The notes beneath the pieces are model-generated. The model saw nothing but the letters and a program-made list of their open reading frames with translations, had not been told where the DNA came from and ran no database searches. Of a stretch of 64,000 nt of DNA, positions 46,734-56,828 are shown piece by piece. Positions within the stretch are counted from its first letter, which is position 1. Each line of letters starts with the position of its first letter. The DNA lies in IMG/VR virus record IMGVR_UViG_3300038345_000144; one strand, given 5' to 3'. A program made the position numbers and the translations under genes. This DNA comes from a virus (Duplodnaviria > Caudoviricetes).

Positions 46734-47426
46734 TCAACAACAGTCCCAATTATAAAGAATGTCGGAAAAGTCCAGATTTGCCAGTTTCTCACTATTGATG
46801 AAGAAATTAGCCACGCCACTATCTCCCCACATCAAATACTTATTAGTATCTAACTGGAACAGCAAGCGGTCATATTTCTGGCTCACACCATTATCTCTGG
46901 GGTCATACTGGGTAAAATAGGGATAGCCAAGCAGTTTGCAACCACTACCGTCAAATGCCTCCCAAATCTCGTCCACCATATCATCATCATAGTCTTCAAA
47001 GCGATAATCGGCGGCGGTCATATATTCCTCTGATAATGCAAAGGTCATACCAATATTTTCCTGATATAACGGTGTATTTTCAGCAGGATGATATACAGAA
47101 TATCCGTCGTCCTCAATATTTTCGTGGTAAACTACTTCAAAGCCCTTACAGTCAGCAAATAATCCATAACAGTCGTCATCCAGTACAAAGAATTGCAAAA
47201 GTCCTGTCTTTGGAAAAATATCATTAGCAGGCAGTTCGGAGAAGTTAATCTGGGCTAAAAATACAAATCCCTCAAGCCCTTTTTCGTCTTTCCAGTAGTA
47301 ATTTCCACCTATTTTACTATTTTTATAACCTACTTCTTCTCCTGTAAAGTCAATTCTAAATACAGGCAGTTTCGGCAACTTCGCTTTTAATTCATCTACG
47401 GTCATTTTTTGTAACTCCTTATTCAA
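46734..47426 (-). CDS. YwqG/DUF1963-family protein
   Basis: SKIGG, FLAQIN, GLLQFF, KLLGYPYFTQYDPR, LLFQLD, MWGDSG, YNWDC. Confidence 0.85.
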   Translation of the reverse strand: MNKELQKMTVDELKAKLPKLPVFRIDFTGEEVGYKNSKIGGNYYWKDEKGLEGFVFLAQINFSELPANDIFPKTGLLQFFVLDDDCYGLFADCKGFEVVYHENIEDDGYSVYHPAENTPLYQENIGMTFALSEEYMTAADYRFEDYDDDMVDEIWEAFDGSGCKLLGYPYFTQYDPRDNGVSQKYDRLLFQLDTNKYLMWGDSGVANFFINSEKLANLDFSDILYNWDCC

Positions 47427-47472
47427 GTTTTAGGAATTATATTTTACCAAATTTCTCTGGCAGAAGTCAATA

Positions 47473-48135
47473 TTAAATTCCTCTAACTTTAATTGCAGTA
47501 AGTACCATTTCGACCTTACCAACTGCATTATTGATAATATCCGTACCAGTAGCGATAGGGTTCTGGGAAATAAGCATTAACTGGTGATTGAGTGCCTCAA
47601 AAATTGAAGCAACAAGGTCAATCTCATCAGCCCTGCTTAACATCAGATATAAGTCCTTTTCATTCTCTTTAACCATATATACGGGCTTCATAAATACATT
47701 AGCATAATCACTGCCCTCGCTTAATACCTTTAATTCAACTCCCTCATCTTTGAGAGATACAGAAATGTCCAGTCTGGTTACAATGCTGTTATCGGCATTT
47801 TCCTCTTTGGTCTTTCTCATCTGGTTAATGGTTAAGTCATCAGAAATGTGGGACTTAAAAAATGCGACAACTTCTTTCTTAAAGGCAGAATAATCCATTA
47901 TGTTCTCTTTGCAGGCAGTTAATGTCAGCCCGTAAAGATTAAATAACGGGGTTTCCATAGATTTACTGCCTAAAATTGGCTGGATTTTCTCAACAAACTT
48001 TCCCTTGCCTGCCTCATCTAAAGTCAGAACACGGTTATGCTTGAAATCCTCTTTAGCAATAAATTCGATGTCGTCAAGCATCTTGGCATAATTTTCCATC
48101 AACTCTTTTTTATACTGCTCAATATTTACAGCCAT
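47473..48135 (-). CDS. hypothetical protein
   Basis: 220-aa ORF, RBS. Confidence 0.7.
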   Translation of the reverse strand: MAVNIEQYKKELMENYAKMLDDIEFIAKEDFKHNRVLTLDEAGKGKFVEKIQPILGSKSMETPLFNLYGLTLTACKENIMDYSAFKKEVVAFFKSHISDDLTINQMRKTKEENADNSIVTRLDISVSLKDEGVELKVLSEGSDYANVFMKPVYMVKENEKDLYLMLSRADEIDLVASIFEALNHQLMLISQNPIATGTDIINNAVGKVEMVLTAIKVRGI

Positions 48136-48138
48136 AAT

Positions 48139-48426
48139 TTAGTCCTCCAATTTTCTAATATAATGGTGATTTGAAGAATAACTATCTTCTATTGCATAAC
48201 CCATAACATCAAAATCTTTATCCAGCGTAATTTTTCTTGTTTCTTCTACTTTTTCAAATCCTTGTTTCTCAAGTAGTTGGTCTAAATATTGATGGTGGTC
48301 AGGAGACCCTGTTATACCTGACACTACTAAAGTTTGATTATCTATTGTATAGATATTACCAAAACTAAAGTGCATATCATCACGCACATACCTTATAAGT
48401 TTATCAACATCTGTTTGGGTAATCAC
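48139..48426 (-). CDS. hypothetical protein
   Basis: GTG start with RBS. Confidence 0.6.
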   Translation of the reverse strand: MITQTDVDKLIRYVRDDMHFSFGNIYTIDNQTLVVSGITGSPDHHQYLDQLLEKQGFEKVEETRKITLDKDFDVMGYAIEDSYSSNHHYIRKLED

Positions 48427-48438
48427 GGTTTATTCTCC

Positions 48439-48975
48439 TTACTTAATCTGAAATTTTGGATTAACTGCGGTCCAGATGTCAATTCCTGTCTGGGCTACAC
48501 CCTTTTTCCATTCCTCTGCAAAAATACCCAACTGCTCGGCTTCTTTTATCATATCCTGCTCGTTGCTTGCTGTTTGGCTCCAGTAATGACATCTCATCGG
48601 GTCTAATGTAACCTGCCATAAGCCTAAATTCGAGTTATAGAATATGTCAGCCCCAGTAACCTTCTGTCCATCATAGTTCAGGAAGATATGGTTTTGGTTA
48701 ATAAATGCAATTACTTGCCTCTTTAATTCTTCGAGTTCTTCACCAACAAGGGTACGACTACCGCCTCCCCAGTGAAAACTGAATGAATGTCCATCAGCGT
48801 AAATAACCTTACATAAATGAGACTCACCACGGGTTACGGTAATATACGCATAATCTTTTGAAACAAACGGGTATTGTGCTACTTTTAACGGGCTGTCTGC
48901 CAGCACTTTAATAATTACCTGATTATCGTCTATTTCCTCTATTGAAAAAATACCATCTAAATCATAGTTTTTCAT
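48439..48975 (-). CDS. hypothetical protein
   Basis: ORF with RBS. Confidence 0.7.
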   Translation of the reverse strand: MKNYDLDGIFSIEEIDDNQVIIKVLADSPLKVAQYPFVSKDYAYITVTRGESHLCKVIYADGHSFSFHWGGGSRTLVGEELEELKRQVIAFINQNHIFLNYDGQKVTGADIFYNSNLGLWQVTLDPMRCHYWSQTASNEQDMIKEAEQLGIFAEEWKKGVAQTGIDIWTAVNPKFQIK

Positions 48976-49012
48976 ATAAGTTCTCCTTATTTTTATTACA
49001 TTTTTATTACAT

Positions 49013-49921
49013 TTAGTCTACAAAACGCTGTGCAATACCATTATCAGCATCCAAGAAAATATCCATCATTAAATCTACCGTGGAATTTTCCGTCTGTAAA
49101 TTTAATTCATATTCAGCAGTCTGTAACGGGGATAAATCATCTTTAGTTAAGCCATACTGCTCCACAAATTCTGTAATAACATCGTAATAATGCTTGGCTG
49201 TTTCCCAGTCTTGCACTTTTAACAGACAATCTAAAGCAATAATGCTGAATACATAGGCTTCATATCCATCTGCGACTTGAGCCATTTTTTTACTGTATTC
49301 AAAGCACATAGCCAGCAGTTCCATATAGCCCTCGCTTTTATTGTCAAAGGCATATTTAGATACAATTTTCAGGGCGAATACTGCTAAATCATAATATCCG
49401 ACCACCATCATACAATTATAAAGTCCTGTCCATAATTGGATTATTGGGTCTTCATCAGCAGTTTCTCGTAAAAAATTCTGGTAAGTCTCTCCTGAAACAA
49501 ACTCACGCAGTTTAGTAATATCCTCATCACTTAATTCCAAATGGGTCCATAAAGTTACACACTTACAGTCAGGACACATTAACGGTAATTGAGGCTCATC
49601 TGAATTTATCTCCATAGTAAGCAATTCTTCGGGGCTTGTGATAGGAAAATCGTCCAGTTCCGACCAAGCCCTGTGTAACTGCTTACCACAACATATACAG
49701 GTTTTAGTGTAATCAGGGTGGGTTAAATCCCTATATGTAGTAATTTCAGTAACAGTTCCATCTTCCGATACTTCGGTACGGGTTTCTGCTACAATATTCT
49801 CATCATTCTCTTCGGAATAATCTCCTGACATAGAAAATACCATTGACCTATTGACCGTAGTTTTTTCCTGTTGTTCAGGTTTATTATCGTCAGAATTCTT
49901 CAAATTGAGTTTAATTTTCAT
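49013..49921 (-). CDS. Zn-ribbon plus helical-repeat protein
   Basis: CICCG...CPDC; similar to 61782-62489. Confidence 0.65.
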   Translation of the reverse strand: MKIKLNLKNSDDNKPEQQEKTTVNRSMVFSMSGDYSEENDENIVAETRTEVSEDGTVTEITTYRDLTHPDYTKTCICCGKQLHRAWSELDDFPITSPEELLTMEINSDEPQLPLMCPDCKCVTLWTHLELSDEDITKLREFVSGETYQNFLRETADEDPIIQLWTGLYNCMMVVGYYDLAVFALKIVSKYAFDNKSEGYMELLAMCFEYSKKMAQVADGYEAYVFSIIALDCLLKVQDWETAKHYYDVITEFVEQYGLTKDDLSPLQTAEYELNLQTENSTVDLMMDIFLDADNGIAQRFVD

Positions 49922-49952
49922 AGTAATTTACTCTCCTTTTATTACAATTAGA

Positions 49953-50363
49953 TTACTTCCAAGTCATTTCACCAGTAAAACTGTTTGACATTTTTGCACC
50001 GTACTTTTTAGCAAAGGCAGTAAACGCCTTAATTTCTTCCATAGAAGTTCCAGTCGATGTCATCATTAGTCTGGTGGATTGAATTGCCCAAATATAAATT
50101 GTGAATTTATCAGTCATACCAATAAATACATAATTCTCTGTACCCCACTTTTTGACGAATTTCATCAGGGTATCAATAGTCGGAGCATCATAAGGTGTGG
50201 TGTCAGGCATTAGACTTAATAAGTCCTCATCACATAATTTCTTCAACTGCTTATATGTGAGATTATTAAAGTGTCTGTCGCCTCTGCTTTCACCTTTATA
50301 AATTTCAGCGTCAAAATCACCATAAATGATTTCATCTCTCTTCTGAAGGTCGTTAATATTCAT
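49953..50363 (-). CDS. hypothetical protein
   Basis: ORF with RBS. Confidence 0.65.
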   Translation of the reverse strand: MNINDLQKRDEIIYGDFDAEIYKGESRGDRHFNNLTYKQLKKLCDEDLLSLMPDTTPYDAPTIDTLMKFVKKWGTENYVFIGMTDKFTIYIWAIQSTRLMMTSTGTSMEEIKAFTAFAKKYGAKMSNSFTGEMTWK

Positions 50364-50375
50364 ATAAATACTCCT

Positions 50376-50741
50376 TTATTCTTGCTCGGCTCTTAATTTC
50401 TCTGCTATCATCTTTACCATCTGGAACTCAATAGAGCGTTCGCTGACGGTAAAAGATAAATCAACATAGCAGTTCTTAACTGCCTCCCAGCCGTCTTTCG
50501 GATAAGCAATAGAAGCCAGTATGTCATCGGCGGCATCAATTCCCAGCCATATCCAGTCGGGAAATTCTCTATCAACTCTGACATATCCTGCTGGTACTTC
50601 TATATTTATGTCGTCAAAAGTGATTTCTTTATGATTGGGTTCGTCGTTACCACAATCTGTCCACTTGACGATTATTTTATATTTCTCCAGTATGGGTTCA
50701 GCCTTCTTCGCTTCATCCTGTAATTTTGACCAGTCATCCAT
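50376..50741 (-). CDS. hypothetical protein
   Basis: ORF with RBS. Confidence 0.65.
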   Translation of the reverse strand: MDDWSKLQDEAKKAEPILEKYKIIVKWTDCGNDEPNHKEITFDDINIEVPAGYVRVDREFPDWIWLGIDAADDILASIAYPKDGWEAVKNCYVDLSFTVSERSIEFQMVKMIAEKLRAEQE

Positions 50742-50751
50742 AAAAAACTCC

Positions 50752-51216
50752 TTAACTTAATGCCTTCAAGATACAATCAACTCTCGTTTGAATTTCAGGG
50801 CTTTTAATCTTGGTGCGTAAATATGTGAGGTTCTGCTCAAGCATAAGTGCAAAATCCTGTGGAGTTTCAGCCGTCTGGGTAATCTTAAATGCTGTCGGAC
50901 CTGCCTCATAAAGAACTGTGACTGTAAATAACGGAATATTCCACTCAATAAGGTCTTTATTATCAGCATATTTGTCATCAATATAGGCAAACCAGATTAA
51001 GAAAGTAGGCTCTACTGTACCCATTGAAAGAGTAACGCTACCCTGGTCGTGGCTACCAAAATCACCAATATTTTCCTCTACATACGGAATTTGGCAGTCT
51101 GTTGCCTCTGAATTGTCCCTGAACCTTATTTTCCAAAGGCTCCTATCAATTCTGGATAAAAAATCATTCAAGTAGTCCTTAAATACTGCTTTCATATTAT
51201 ATCTACTCCAAAACAA
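50752..51216 (-). CDS. hypothetical protein
   Basis: ORF; start likely MKAVF. Confidence 0.6.
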   Translation of the reverse strand: MFWSRYNMKAVFKDYLNDFLSRIDRSLWKIRFRDNSEATDCQIPYVEENIGDFGSHDQGSVTLSMGTVEPTFLIWFAYIDDKYADNKDLIEWNIPLFTVTVLYEAGPTAFKITQTAETPQDFALMLEQNLTYLRTKIKSPEIQTRVDCILKALS

Positions 51217-51889
51217 TCACATTATAGCCCTCATAATTCTCGATAGGGTTTAATGCAGTAATCATACCGTTGATAAGGAAAGCATAATCCTCGCCATCGG
51301 TTACAATTCTTACTTCAACTTCGCTGTCTGTGGGAAAATCAGTAGCGTATGATAAATCATCAAAATCAATCAAGTCTAAATCCCAAACTTCGCCCTCTGG
51401 TGTCCACTCAATATGTAATCCGCACCAGTCAAGTTCTGCACCATCTTCAGTAAGGTCAATTTCATTGATTTCACGAATTTTGTCACCAATTTCATTTAAT
51501 TTTTCTTTAGAAATGAGGTTTGCTGGTAAATGTTCAAAGAAATAGTCAAAATAAATGCCTGCAATATTCTGGGCGTGAACATACCTATTTAATTCCTCAA
51601 TAAGTCCTAATTCTTTCCAAGTGTCCCAATATTCTGTTAAATCGAGAACCTCGCCACAAAGCATCGGGTTTTCATAAAACAGATAATGACCACCATTTGT
51701 AAGCAAAAATCCTGCATAAGCGGGTTCATCTAAAAAGGTTACTCTATAAGCCTTATTTTTATCTGCCTGCCTGATAAATTCATCAATCTCAATCGGTTCA
51801 TTAAATTGCATAATGGGTGTACTCCTTATATATATACTTAAGGGAAAAGATAATTTTTCATCCCGTCTATCAATCAATAAAATCTTCAA
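51203..51889 (-). CDS. hypothetical protein
   Basis: 228-aa ORF; start uncertain. Confidence 0.65.
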   Translation of the reverse strand: MKILLIDRRDEKLSFPLSIYIRSTPIMQFNEPIEIDEFIRQADKNKAYRVTFLDEPAYAGFLLTNGGHYLFYENPMLCGEVLDLTEYWDTWKELGLIEELNRYVHAQNIAGIYFDYFFEHLPANLISKEKLNEIGDKIREINEIDLTEDGAELDWCGLHIEWTPEGEVWDLDLIDFDDLSYATDFPTDSEVEVRIVTDGEDYAFLINGMITALNPIENYEGYNVIVLE

Positions 51890-52259
51890 CTAACTTGCCG
51901 TCAATATATGCTACGGAATATACAATATTGTCAACTATATATTCGTCATAATCGACATCCTGTTCTTCAATAGGCATATCCTCATCGTAGTCATCTTCAT
52001 AGCCCGCATTAAGAACTACGCAGTAACAACCAGCCCACTGACCAGGTTCAGCCTGATTTAAGTTCTCAAAATTCTCAAGTAACAATTTTGCACACTCTCT
52101 GGCTTTTTCCTTTACAGCACTTTCAGTTAATACCGAATATTGCTGTTTAGTGTCAAAATAACCGTACTTGTGGTCATAATCGGCACTATAATCCATAAAA
52201 CGAGGGCTACCTTCCTTTAACAAATAGCCCATATCTATTAAATATACTCTATTTGGCAT
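51870..52259 (-). CDS. acidic hypothetical protein
   Basis: ORF with RBS. Confidence 0.65.
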   Translation of the reverse strand: MPNRVYLIDMGYLLKEGSPRFMDYSADYDHKYGYFDTKQQYSVLTESAVKEKARECAKLLLENFENLNQAEPGQWAGCYCVVLNAGYEDDYDEDMPIEEQDVDYDEYIVDNIVYSVAYIDGKLVEDFID

Positions 52260-52298
52260 AATAATTTCTCCTTATATTACAATAAGATTACATTTATC

Positions 52299-52547
52299 TT
52301 ACGCAAATCTTACAAAATTACCCTCATCGACAACCGTTAAATAATCATCACACTCATCTTCAGGGAAAGTCTGGTCCGTTCCATAGCAAATTTTACCTTT
52401 AGGATTAGTGTCGGTAATATATTCACGGTCATACTCAATTGAGTCAATTTTCAGGATATGCTCAATATAATCGTGGGTATATTGGTCGTAACATACCACG
52501 CAGTCGCCTACTTTAATGTCTAAAAATGTCTTTTCTTCTCTCTGCAT
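52299..52547 (-). CDS. hypothetical protein
   Basis: ORF with RBS. Confidence 0.65.
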   Translation of the reverse strand: MQREEKTFLDIKVGDCVVCYDQYTHDYIEHILKIDSIEYDREYITDTNPKGKICYGTDQTFPEDECDDYLTVVDEGNFVRFA

Positions 52548-52559
52548 AATAAATTCTCC

Positions 52560-53144
52560 TTAATCTAAATAACCGTAACAAATATCTTTTACTTCACCGT
52601 TACTCATTAAAACCTTTGAAAAATCACCAGTACCGTTACCCCACGGACCACAATATTGATAACTTGCTACCTCGATAACCTCGCCTTTTCTCCAGCGAGC
52701 CATTTTCTCGACTTTAGCCTCTCTTGCCATACCGCCGTAAAAATCTCCATTAACTCCCTTTTCAGCATCAGTTATTGCTTTATTCAGGAACATTTCGATT
52801 TCTTCTTCTGTCAAAGGTCTGCCCTCATAATTAGAGAAATCATACTTGGCATTTTCACGCTCAACTTCTTCTCTTGCCTGCTGGTGTAATACCTTGAGCC
52901 TTTCCCACTCTTTCTTTGTCAAAGAACGATAAGGCTCGCTTAACGCATAATCACTTAAATAAAAACCTGCAAAAGTATGCTTATGTCCAGAGTCCTGCCA
53001 GCCATAAGTAACCTTTTCTGCATATTTAAGAATTTCAGCGTCGGTGGTCATTTCACCAAATCCTCTTGAGGCAAAAATAAATTCATCACGGGAATATACT
53101 GCTTTTCCATTAACATAACCATATACATTAGGGTCGTGTTCCAT
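52560..53144 (-). CDS. hypothetical protein
   Basis: AAGGAGG RBS. Confidence 0.7.
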   Translation of the reverse strand: MEHDPNVYGYVNGKAVYSRDEFIFASRGFGEMTTDAEILKYAEKVTYGWQDSGHKHTFAGFYLSDYALSEPYRSLTKKEWERLKVLHQQAREEVERENAKYDFSNYEGRPLTEEEIEMFLNKAITDAEKGVNGDFYGGMAREAKVEKMARWRKGEVIEVASYQYCGPWGNGTGDFSKVLMSNGEVKDICYGYLD

Positions 53145-53160
53145 AATAATTCCTCCTTAA

Positions 53161-53199
53161 AATAAAAAAGCGGTAACAGTCTTCGATTACTATTACCGC
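53161..53199 (-). terminator. intrinsic terminator
   Basis: GCGGTAATAGT/ACTGTTACCGC stem plus T6. Confidence 0.65.
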
Positions 53200-53212
53200 A
53201 TCCATACCTATC

Positions 53213-53233
53213 TATTATAATTAAATAGTCTTT
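53213..53233 (-). promoter_or_regulatory. 21-bp motif AAAGACTATTTAATTATAATA, copy 2
   Basis: Identical to 36952-36972. Confidence 0.55.
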
Positions 53234-53239
53234 GATAGG

Positions 53240-53674
53240 TTATACTCTTTGAATTACATCAGCACCTTCAGGCAGTTCTGGGGCGTATGCCATAATTTTC
53301 GTAATATTGTACTTGGGAGCAAAATAATGATTAAGTGAATAAACCAAACTTGCCGTATTTTCCTGAAGTACATTACTGGACTCGTCCCAATTTATTTTAT
53401 AGTCGCCCGTTATTTTATGCTCATTATAATTGTAGGTTTCGCCCCTAACAAATAAATGACTTAACTCAATTAACTGATAATATTCCACGCCTGGTTTTAA
53501 TGTCTCCCCAGTTGACCAGTTTTGGTCTAATCGGGTGGAATAGCATACATCATCTGCCTCACATAATTCTTTCCTGATATATTCTGTCACATCAGTTAAT
53601 TCGGTTACTGTCGGTGCATTTACCTGAAAACTGATAGAATATGTCTGTGTACCTTGAAAACTGGCAAATCTCAT
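53240..53674 (-). CDS. hypothetical protein
   Basis: Related to 42424-42873 (C-terminal P.LP..A). Confidence 0.65.
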   Translation of the reverse strand: MRFASFQGTQTYSISFQVNAPTVTELTDVTEYIRKELCEADDVCYSTRLDQNWSTGETLKPGVEYYQLIELSHLFVRGETYNYNEHKITGDYKINWDESSNVLQENTASLVYSLNHYFAPKYNITKIMAYAPELPEGADVIQRV

Positions 53675-53686
53675 AGGTAGCCCTCC

Positions 53687-54055
53687 TTAATCGTCATCTT
53701 GAAAATAATCATCAAAAATACCATCTCCGTCTAATAGAGATGACGGAAATTGCCAGTCACAAAGGTCAAATAATACCATAGCCATATGGTCAATTTCTTG
53801 GTCAAAGAACCTTTTATCAGGAAAATTATCTTCAACCCAGTCTTTCACAAGGTCAATGAAGTCCTGCTTACTGAAAGCATTTTCTCTTTTTACCGTGTCG
53901 TCCTGTTCATAACCATATTCAGGGATATAGATAATGTCTGAAAAACTACCCGTATTCCAGTCAAAATCTGCGTCTTTGTACCCAAAACCCTGTCCGATAT
54001 TCTCTTTTGGCATAGATTTTGCACTATTACAGGCATTAAACTTCTCAATTTTCAT
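53687..54055 (-). CDS. acidic hypothetical protein
   Basis: Paralogue of 42059-42376; LFDLCDWQFPSS. Confidence 0.7.
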   Translation of the reverse strand: MKIEKFNACNSAKSMPKENIGQGFGYKDADFDWNTGSFSDIIYIPEYGYEQDDTVKRENAFSKQDFIDLVKDWVEDNFPDKRFFDQEIDHMAMVLFDLCDWQFPSSLLDGDGIFDDYFQDDD

Positions 54056-54094
54056 AATAATTTCTCCTTGAAATATTACATTTTGATTACATTT

Positions 54095-54553
54095 TTAATA
54101 ATCAAGGTTTTTATACTCTGTTGTGACTGAAATGGCTCCTAAATAATCCGAAACAACATCTTCGGACTGGTCAAAAATTACCCCATTATCTTCCATATTA
54201 CGCATAACGGTATAGAAAATTCGGAGGGCAATTCTCTTATAAGTAGCCTCATCAAAATCACGGCAAAGACCAATTTCGTCCTCTACTGTCAATGTTGTAA
54301 CACCAATAACGCTATCGTCCTTGTAATATCCGACATCTACGCAGTATTCCTGATTATCGAAGTCATAATAACAACTGACCTTAATGTTCTTGCTGTCATA
54401 ATTTTCGATAGATTTACCCATAGTCGTAAAAACTCTATTCAACTCGTCTTTGGTGAATAAGTTTCTCAACTCGATTTGCTTTTGAATACTATCCCTACTC
54501 TCAATAATGAAAGTTAAGGTTTGTTTTTGCTGTGTTTCCTCTTGCGTTTGCAT
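54095..54553 (-). CDS. hypothetical protein
   Basis: ORF with RBS. Confidence 0.65.
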   Translation of the reverse strand: MQTQEETQQKQTLTFIIESRDSIQKQIELRNLFTKDELNRVFTTMGKSIENYDSKNIKVSCYYDFDNQEYCVDVGYYKDDSVIGVTTLTVEDEIGLCRDFDEATYKRIALRIFYTVMRNMEDNGVIFDQSEDVVSDYLGAISVTTEYKNLDY

Positions 54554-54581
54554 CTTTATATAGGTCTCCCTTCAAATGTGT

Positions 54582-55022
54582 TTAATACCAACTTCTATGG
54601 TCTTCTTCGACGGTTTCCATACCATCATATTCGCTAATATGCCACTGGACATCATCAGGAACATCTACAATGTGAATTTCGGCATAGTCACCGTTAGCCT
54701 CCGAACCCAGTTCCTTAATAACTGAAATCAAAAGCGGGTCGGTACGATTATCGTATGAGCATACTTGGTGGCTAAACAAGATAATATCTTTGCAGTCGTT
54801 ATATTCGACCTCTTCGCCTGCATCCTGCTTGAGAACATATAAGCGGTCAGTTGGCGTATTATTCTTCTCATAATAATCGTTTGGAACCTTTTTGAATACT
54901 TGAGTGTCATAACTCTTCCTTAAATAAAGGTGAGCCTCGCCATACTTTCTCTCACAATAAAGCATAAGTGCCTTTGTAGATAATCCAAATCCACCGTATC
55001 TCTCATTTATTGCTACTTCCAT
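54582..55022 (-). CDS. phage-type hypothetical protein
   Basis: INERYGGFGLS...RTDPLLI..I.ELG...EYDG.E. Confidence 0.75.
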   Translation of the reverse strand: MEVAINERYGGFGLSTKALMLYCERKYGEAHLYLRKSYDTQVFKKVPNDYYEKNNTPTDRLYVLKQDAGEEVEYNDCKDIILFSHQVCSYDNRTDPLLISVIKELGSEANGDYAEIHIVDVPDDVQWHISEYDGMETVEEDHRSWY

Positions 55023-55040
55023 AGTAATTTCTCCTTAATT

Positions 55041-55682
55041 TTAGTCCTCTTCTGGTCCTGGGTCGTTATAATAATAATTCTTCAAGTTATTTTCCCCGTC
55101 TGAAGTATCAAACTTGTAGTCCAGTATCTTAATAGTATGTGTGTTATTGCATAATTTTGAGAAAAAAGCAGTTAACTCACTCATAAGAGCCTTATCATCA
55201 GTTATTTTACCAACAAGACTGTAACCAGTTGTGTCTTCGGGGTCATTAGGATTGCCCCAAGAGTCAATAGCACTGTCATAGTCCAAATCAAAGGTAACAA
55301 GGAACTCCTTTGACCCATCTTCGTTTTCCTTAACGGAAACAATGTGAGTATTATCCCACCACTCAACCTTACACAAATCCATATATTTGTTAAGGATAGT
55401 TAAAAACTCTTCGTCAGCATCAAGGCTGAAATCATAATCATCCAATCTACGAAGTAAATCGGCTTCATATTCAAAGCCCTCTAACTCATATTTTAATGTC
55501 CAATCATCTTTGCGGGCTTGTTTGAATTCTTCCTCGGTCATTTCCTTTTGAGCCAAAAATTCATTTAACAAGGGTTCCTGTAAAAAGTTAATTGTAAGTT
55601 TTGCAAGAAACTTAACTCCCTCACGGTCCCAATTTATCATAGTTTTCTCCTTATTATAAGCAATTTTCCAGTTCATCAGCAT
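55041..55682 (-). CDS. acidic hypothetical protein
   Basis: ORF; start likely MINWD. Confidence 0.65.
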   Translation of the reverse strand: MLMNWKIAYNKEKTMINWDREGVKFLAKLTINFLQEPLLNEFLAQKEMTEEEFKQARKDDWTLKYELEGFEYEADLLRRLDDYDFSLDADEEFLTILNKYMDLCKVEWWDNTHIVSVKENEDGSKEFLVTFDLDYDSAIDSWGNPNDPEDTTGYSLVGKITDDKALMSELTAFFSKLCNNTHTIKILDYKFDTSDGENNLKNYYYNDPGPEED

Positions 55683-56436
55683 ACTTATAAAATGCCTTGA
55701 ACTCCTTTAGGGCATTTATAGTAGCCGACACTAATGACTTAAATTTATCCTGACTGTCAAAAGTAGTCCTGATACGGAAATCGTCACCGTCTTGGTTAGT
55801 AATATCCACTATAAATCTGAACATTTCATCGCCGTCTTTTTCTACCTTTTCCAGCGTAATAATCGGCATTTTGGTATCTACTGCCATAATGGTAAGAGTA
55901 TCGTTGAATTTGAAATCACTCTCAAAAAATCCTTCAATAGTGCCGTGGTTGGTTACGACCTTTAATGTCTTGGAAGAGTCATCTACCTTGCAGATAAAGT
56001 CCTTAACCAAGTAAACAAAGTCCTTAATACCAAATTTCGGGAATTTCGTGTATTTCGTGTGCTTGGCTATCCAATTCTGTACCTCTTTAATACCATCGTT
56101 TGACAGGTCGGTATGTAGATGTTGGACAATTCTCGATGTGGAGCCTTTTCCCCACGACCAATGACCAGGGTGTACCAATGAGTCCCAAAATATCTTTCTA
56201 ATAACAATACCGTTGTTAGAATAGTCCGATTTACCCTCTGAAAAGTCTAATAATTTCAGGATAAAATATTCACCTTCGTCACACTCGCCAATGAACATTA
56301 TCTCATTTTTAATAGGATAATATCCTAAATTCGGGTGGCTACGGTCACTTCCACAAGTATGTCTTATCTCATCATTCAAGGAAAGTCCATTATCTTTGCA
56401 CCATTTATCAAATTTTGCAACAGTGGTATCTTTCAT
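55654..56436 (-). CDS. two-module hypothetical protein
   Basis: N-module like 56463-56828, C-module like 57144-58055. Confidence 0.7.
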   Translation of the reverse strand: MKDTTVAKFDKWCKDNGLSLNDEIRHTCGSDRSHPNLGYYPIKNEIMFIGECDEGEYFILKLLDFSEGKSDYSNNGIVIRKIFWDSLVHPGHWSWGKGSTSRIVQHLHTDLSNDGIKEVQNWIAKHTKYTKFPKFGIKDFVYLVKDFICKVDDSSKTLKVVTNHGTIEGFFESDFKFNDTLTIMAVDTKMPIITLEKVEKDGDEMFRFIVDITNQDGDDFRIRTTFDSQDKFKSLVSATINALKEFKAFYKYADELENCL

Positions 56437-56462
56437 ACAGTATTCCCCTTTCTATATCTCCT

Positions 56463-56828
56463 TTAATCCTCAAACTTTGCTGTTGGAAACGGAGTATATT
56501 CCGTGTTCTTTGCTAATAAACTCTGGATAGTTTCTACTCCGTCTTCATCAAATTTAATCTCTGTTGTGCCTAATCTATACCAACCATCGTCGCCATTGGT
56601 TAAATCGCCAATAACAAACTGGTCATAGTTCAAATTAAGAGCAAGAGCCTTACGGGAGCCGTCTTTTGCTGTATATAACAAGCAAAACGCACTATCTTCC
56701 GCAAAGGAATATCCATCGTGGTCATAATTATCAATACCACCCTCGTCTTCAGGGATATTATTGGCTAAACACCACTTTTTAATCTTATCAAAATAAGTCA
56801 TATTAAACTCCTCTTCAAGTATTTTCAT
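56463..56828 (-). CDS. hypothetical protein
   Basis: KWC..N motif. Confidence 0.65.
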   Translation of the reverse strand: MKILEEEFNMTYFDKIKKWCLANNIPEDEGGIDNYDHDGYSFAEDSAFCLLYTAKDGSRKALALNLNYDQFVIGDLTNGDDGWYRLGTTEIKFDEDGVETIQSLLAKNTEYTPFPTAKFED

